Origin: a virus | Taxonomy: Duplodnaviria; Heunggongvirae; Uroviricota; Caudoviricetes | Strand: one strand, 5' to 3' | DNA length: 16,688 bases | IMG/VR virus record: IMGVR_UViG_2529293040_000016 | Shown here: positions 14,534 through 16,688 of the stretch, in pieces | How the letters are laid out: every line of letters starts with the position of its first letter | How positions within the stretch are numbered: the stretch's first letter is position 1 | Made by a program: the position numbers and the translations under genes | The notes under the pieces: generated by a model | Databases searched by the model: none | Told to the model about the DNA's origin: nothing | What the model saw: the letters and a program-made list of their open reading frames with translations, nothing else

Positions 14534-14880
14534 TGATATCTCTCCCTGCAGGTTCGCGTATCTGGCTGGTTGCAGGTATCACCGATATGCGAAATGGCTT
14601 TAACGGCCTGGCATCAAAAGTTCAGAACGTCCTGAAGGATGACCCGTTCTCCGGACACCTGTTCATCTTCCGCGGACGCCGGGGTGACCAGATAAAAGTG
14701 TTGTGGGCTGACAGTGACGGACTGTGCCTCTTCACCAAACGCCTGGAGCGGGGCCGCTTCGTCTGGCCAGTCACCCGTGACGGCAAGGTGCACCTTACTC
14801 CGGCTCAGTTATCCATGCTTCTTGAAGGTATCAACTGGAAGCACCCGAAACGAACGGAACGCGCTGGAATCCGCATATAA
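14533..14880 (+). CDS. tnpB: IS66-family TnpB (Orf2, 115 aa)
   Basis: Sequence MISLPAGSRIWLVAGITDMRNGFNGLASKVQNVL...FRGRRGDQIKVLWADSDGLCLFTKRLERGRFVWP is the characteristic IS66 Orf2 signature. Start overlaps the tnpA stop as TGATG. Confidence 0.85.
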   Translation: MISLPAGSRIWLVAGITDMRNGFNGLASKVQNVLKDDPFSGHLFIFRGRRGDQIKVLWADSDGLCLFTKRLERGRFVWPVTRDGKVHLTPAQLSMLLEGINWKHPKRTERAGIRI

Positions 14881-14899
14881 CCCGTTGTAAAGTGAGGAT

Positions 14900-16471
14900 A
14901 TGGACACCTCACTTGCTCATGAGAACGCCCGCCTGCGGGCACTGTTGCAGACGCAACAGGACACCATCCGCCAGATGGCTGAATACAACCGCCTGCTCTC
15001 ACAGCGGGTGGCGGCTTATGCTTCCGAAATCAACCGGCTGAAGGCGCTGGTTGCGAAACTGCAACGTATGCAGTTCGGTAAAAGCTCAGAAAAACTTCGT
15101 GCAAAAACCGAACGGCAGATACAGGAAGCACAGGAGCGAATCAGCGCACTTCAGGAAGAAATGGCGGAAACGCTGGGTGAGCAATATGACCCGGTACTGC
15201 CATCCGCCCTGCGCCAGTCTTCAGCCCGTAAACCGTTACCGGCCTCACTTCCCCGTGAAACCCGGGTTATCCGGCCGGAAGAGGAATGCTGTCCTGCCTG
15301 TGGTGGTGAACTCAGTTCTCTGGGATGTGATGTGTCAGAGCAACTGGAGCTTATCAGCAGCGCCTTTAAGGTTATCGAAACACAACGTCCGAAACAGGCC
15401 TGTTGCCGGTGCGACCATATCGTGCAGGCACCAGTACCTTCAAAACCCATTGCACGCAGTTATGCCGGAGCGGGGCTTCTGGCCCATGTTGTCACCGGGA
15501 AATATGCAGACCATCTGCCGTTATACCGCCAGTCAGAAATATACCGTCGTCAGGGCGTGGAGCTGAGCCGTGCCACACTGGGGCGCTGGACAGGTGCTGT
15601 TGCTGAACTGCTGGAGCCGCTGTATGACGTCCTGCGCCAGTATGTGCTGATGCCCGGTAAAGTCCATGCTGATGATATCCCCGTCCCGGTCCAGGAGCCG
15701 GGCAGCGGTAAAACCCGGACAGCCCGGCTGTGGGTCTACGTCCGTGATGACCGTAACGCCGGTTCACAGATGCCCCCGGCGGTCTGGTTCGCGTACAGTC
15801 CGGACCGGAAAGGTATCCATCCACAAAATCACCTGGCCGGTTACAGCGGTGTGCTTCAGGCCGATGCTTACGGTGGTTACCGGGCGTTATACGAATCCGG
15901 CAGAATAACGGAAGCCGCGTGTATGGCTCATGCCCGGAGAAAAATCCACGATGTGCATGCAAGAGCGCCCACCTACATCACCACGGAAGCCCTGCAGCGT
16001 ATCGGTGAACTGTATGCCATCGAGGCAGAGGTCCGGTGCTGTTCAGCAGAACAGCGTCTGGCGGCAAGAAAAGCCAGAGCCGCGCCACTGATGCAGTCAC
16101 TGTATGACTGGATACAGCAACAGATGAAAACACTGTCGCGTCACTCAGATACGGCAAAAGCGTTCGCATACCTGCTGAAACAGTGGGATGCACTGAACGT
16201 GTACTGCAGTAATGGCTGGGTGGAAATCGACAACAACATCGCAGAGAACGCCTTACGGGGAGTGGCCGTAGGCCGGAAAAACTGGATGTTCGCGGGTTCC
16301 GACAGCGGTGGTGAACATGCGGCGGTGTTGTACTCGCTGATCGGCACATGCCGTCTGAACAATGTGGAGCCAGAAAAGTGGCTGCGTTACGTCATTGAAC
16401 ATATCCAGGACTGGCCGGCAAACCGGGTACGCGATCTGTTGCCCTGGAAAGTTGATCTGAGCTCTCAGTAA
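14900..16471 (+). CDS. tnpC: IS66-family transposase TnpC (523 aa)
   Basis: N-terminal leucine-zipper-like coiled coil, Cys4 zinc finger (CPACGG...CCRCDH), and a long catalytic region typical of IS66 transposases. GTGAGG SD upstream. Confidence 0.85.
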   Translation: MDTSLAHENARLRALLQTQQDTIRQMAEYNRLLSQRVAAYASEINRLKALVAKLQRMQFGKSSEKLRAKTERQIQEAQERISALQEEMAETLGEQYDPVLPSALRQSSARKPLPASLPRETRVIRPEEECCPACGGELSSLGCDVSEQLELISSAFKVIETQRPKQACCRCDHIVQAPVPSKPIARSYAGAGLLAHVVTGKYADHLPLYRQSEIYRRQGVELSRATLGRWTGAVAELLEPLYDVLRQYVLMPGKVHADDIPVPVQEPGSGKTRTARLWVYVRDDRNAGSQMPPAVWFAYSPDRKGIHPQNHLAGYSGVLQADAYGGYRALYESGRITEAACMAHARRKIHDVHARAPTYITTEALQRIGELYAIEAEVRCCSAEQRLAARKARAAPLMQSLYDWIQQQMKTLSRHSDTAKAFAYLLKQWDALNVYCSNGWVEIDNNIAENALRGVAVGRKNWMFAGSDSGGEHAAVLYSLIGTCRLNNVEPEKWLRYVIEHIQDWPANRVRDLLPWKVDLSSQ

Positions 16472-16610
16472 ATATCAATACGGTTCTGACGAGTCGCTTA
16501 CGATAAATGCACCGGCATCATCATAAAAAGTGAGCCAGCCAAATGGAAGGTATCGTTAAACTCACCGGTAGTGTCAGTGGGTCGTCTGAGATGCCTGCAT
16601 GAGTTATCAG

Positions 16611-16642
16611 AGCCATCAGTACTTAACTGGTGGCTTTTTTTA
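16611..16642 (+). terminator. Rho-independent terminator in the flank right of the IS
   Basis: Stem AGCCATCAG (16611-16619) / CTGGTGGCT (16627-16635) with one central mismatch, loop TACTTAA, then TTTTTTT. An RBS and ATG (16677) of an unrelated ORF begin just before the window ends. Confidence 0.5.
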
Positions 16643-16688
16643 TTGTTGTCAGCTTCCGGATAACGGGAGACGGGGTATGGACCAGATG

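Larger units (their letters stand above)
13805..16501 (+). mobile_element. IS66-family insertion sequence (about 2.7 kb; tnpA-tnpB-tnpC), boundaries approximate
   Basis: Three co-oriented ORFs with IS66-family hallmarks. Right end ...CGCTTAC at 16495-16501. Candidate left end GTAACCGGCTC... at 13805 shares about 18 of 28 positions with the reverse complement of the right end. No flanking 8-bp direct repeat found. Confidence 0.55.

Noticed and set aside
14805-16362. ORFs inside or antisense to tnpC and tnpB (14805..15002, 15051..15566, 15151..15450, 15403..15606, 15492..15962, 15666..15908, 15978..16349, 16141..16362)
   Set aside because: Shadow frames in GC-rich transposase coding sequence; Arg/Pro/Ser-rich products with no start signals.
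1-16688. tRNA, rRNA or CRISPR features
   Set aside because: No cloverleaf-like conserved tRNA segments, rRNA-like sequence or repeat-spacer arrays were seen on reading the window; absence is by eye only and not a computed result.
16677-16688. Partial ORF starting at ATG 16677 at the window edge
   Set aside because: Only 4 codons are visible; they cannot be annotated beyond noting a plausible RBS (GGAGACGGGG) upstream.

Overview
This window reads as a defective, mosaic lambdoid (Qin/Rac-like) prophage of an Escherichia-type enterobacterium, whose late region is replaced by an IS66-family insertion sequence. All calls rest on reading the ORF track and sequence by eye plus recalled family knowledge; no searches were run. 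Left to right: a minus-strand early-left operon (DnaQ-like exonuclease, YdfE-like protein, ydfD, dicB, the DicF sRNA, two small ORFs); an immunity region with a split HTH repressor, palindromic operators, and Cro-like and CII/YdaT-like genes; a replication initiator with in-gene iterons; then a low-GC accessory island (about 7790-10870) carrying an HTH regulator and a tightly coupled three-gene minus-strand operon of unrecognisable function. That island is the best candidate for an undescribed system: its last gene has a PD-(D/E)xK-like nuclease motif and its first gene spans two frames joined at an A_AAA_AAG slippery heptamer. It is followed by a mok/hok type I toxin locus, ydfU-like, rusA, a Q antiterminator with pR'-like promoter and tR' terminator, and then the IS66-family element (tnpA split, tnpB, tnpC). 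Three frame changes sit at homopolymer runs, so sequencing error must be excluded before any is interpreted biologically.
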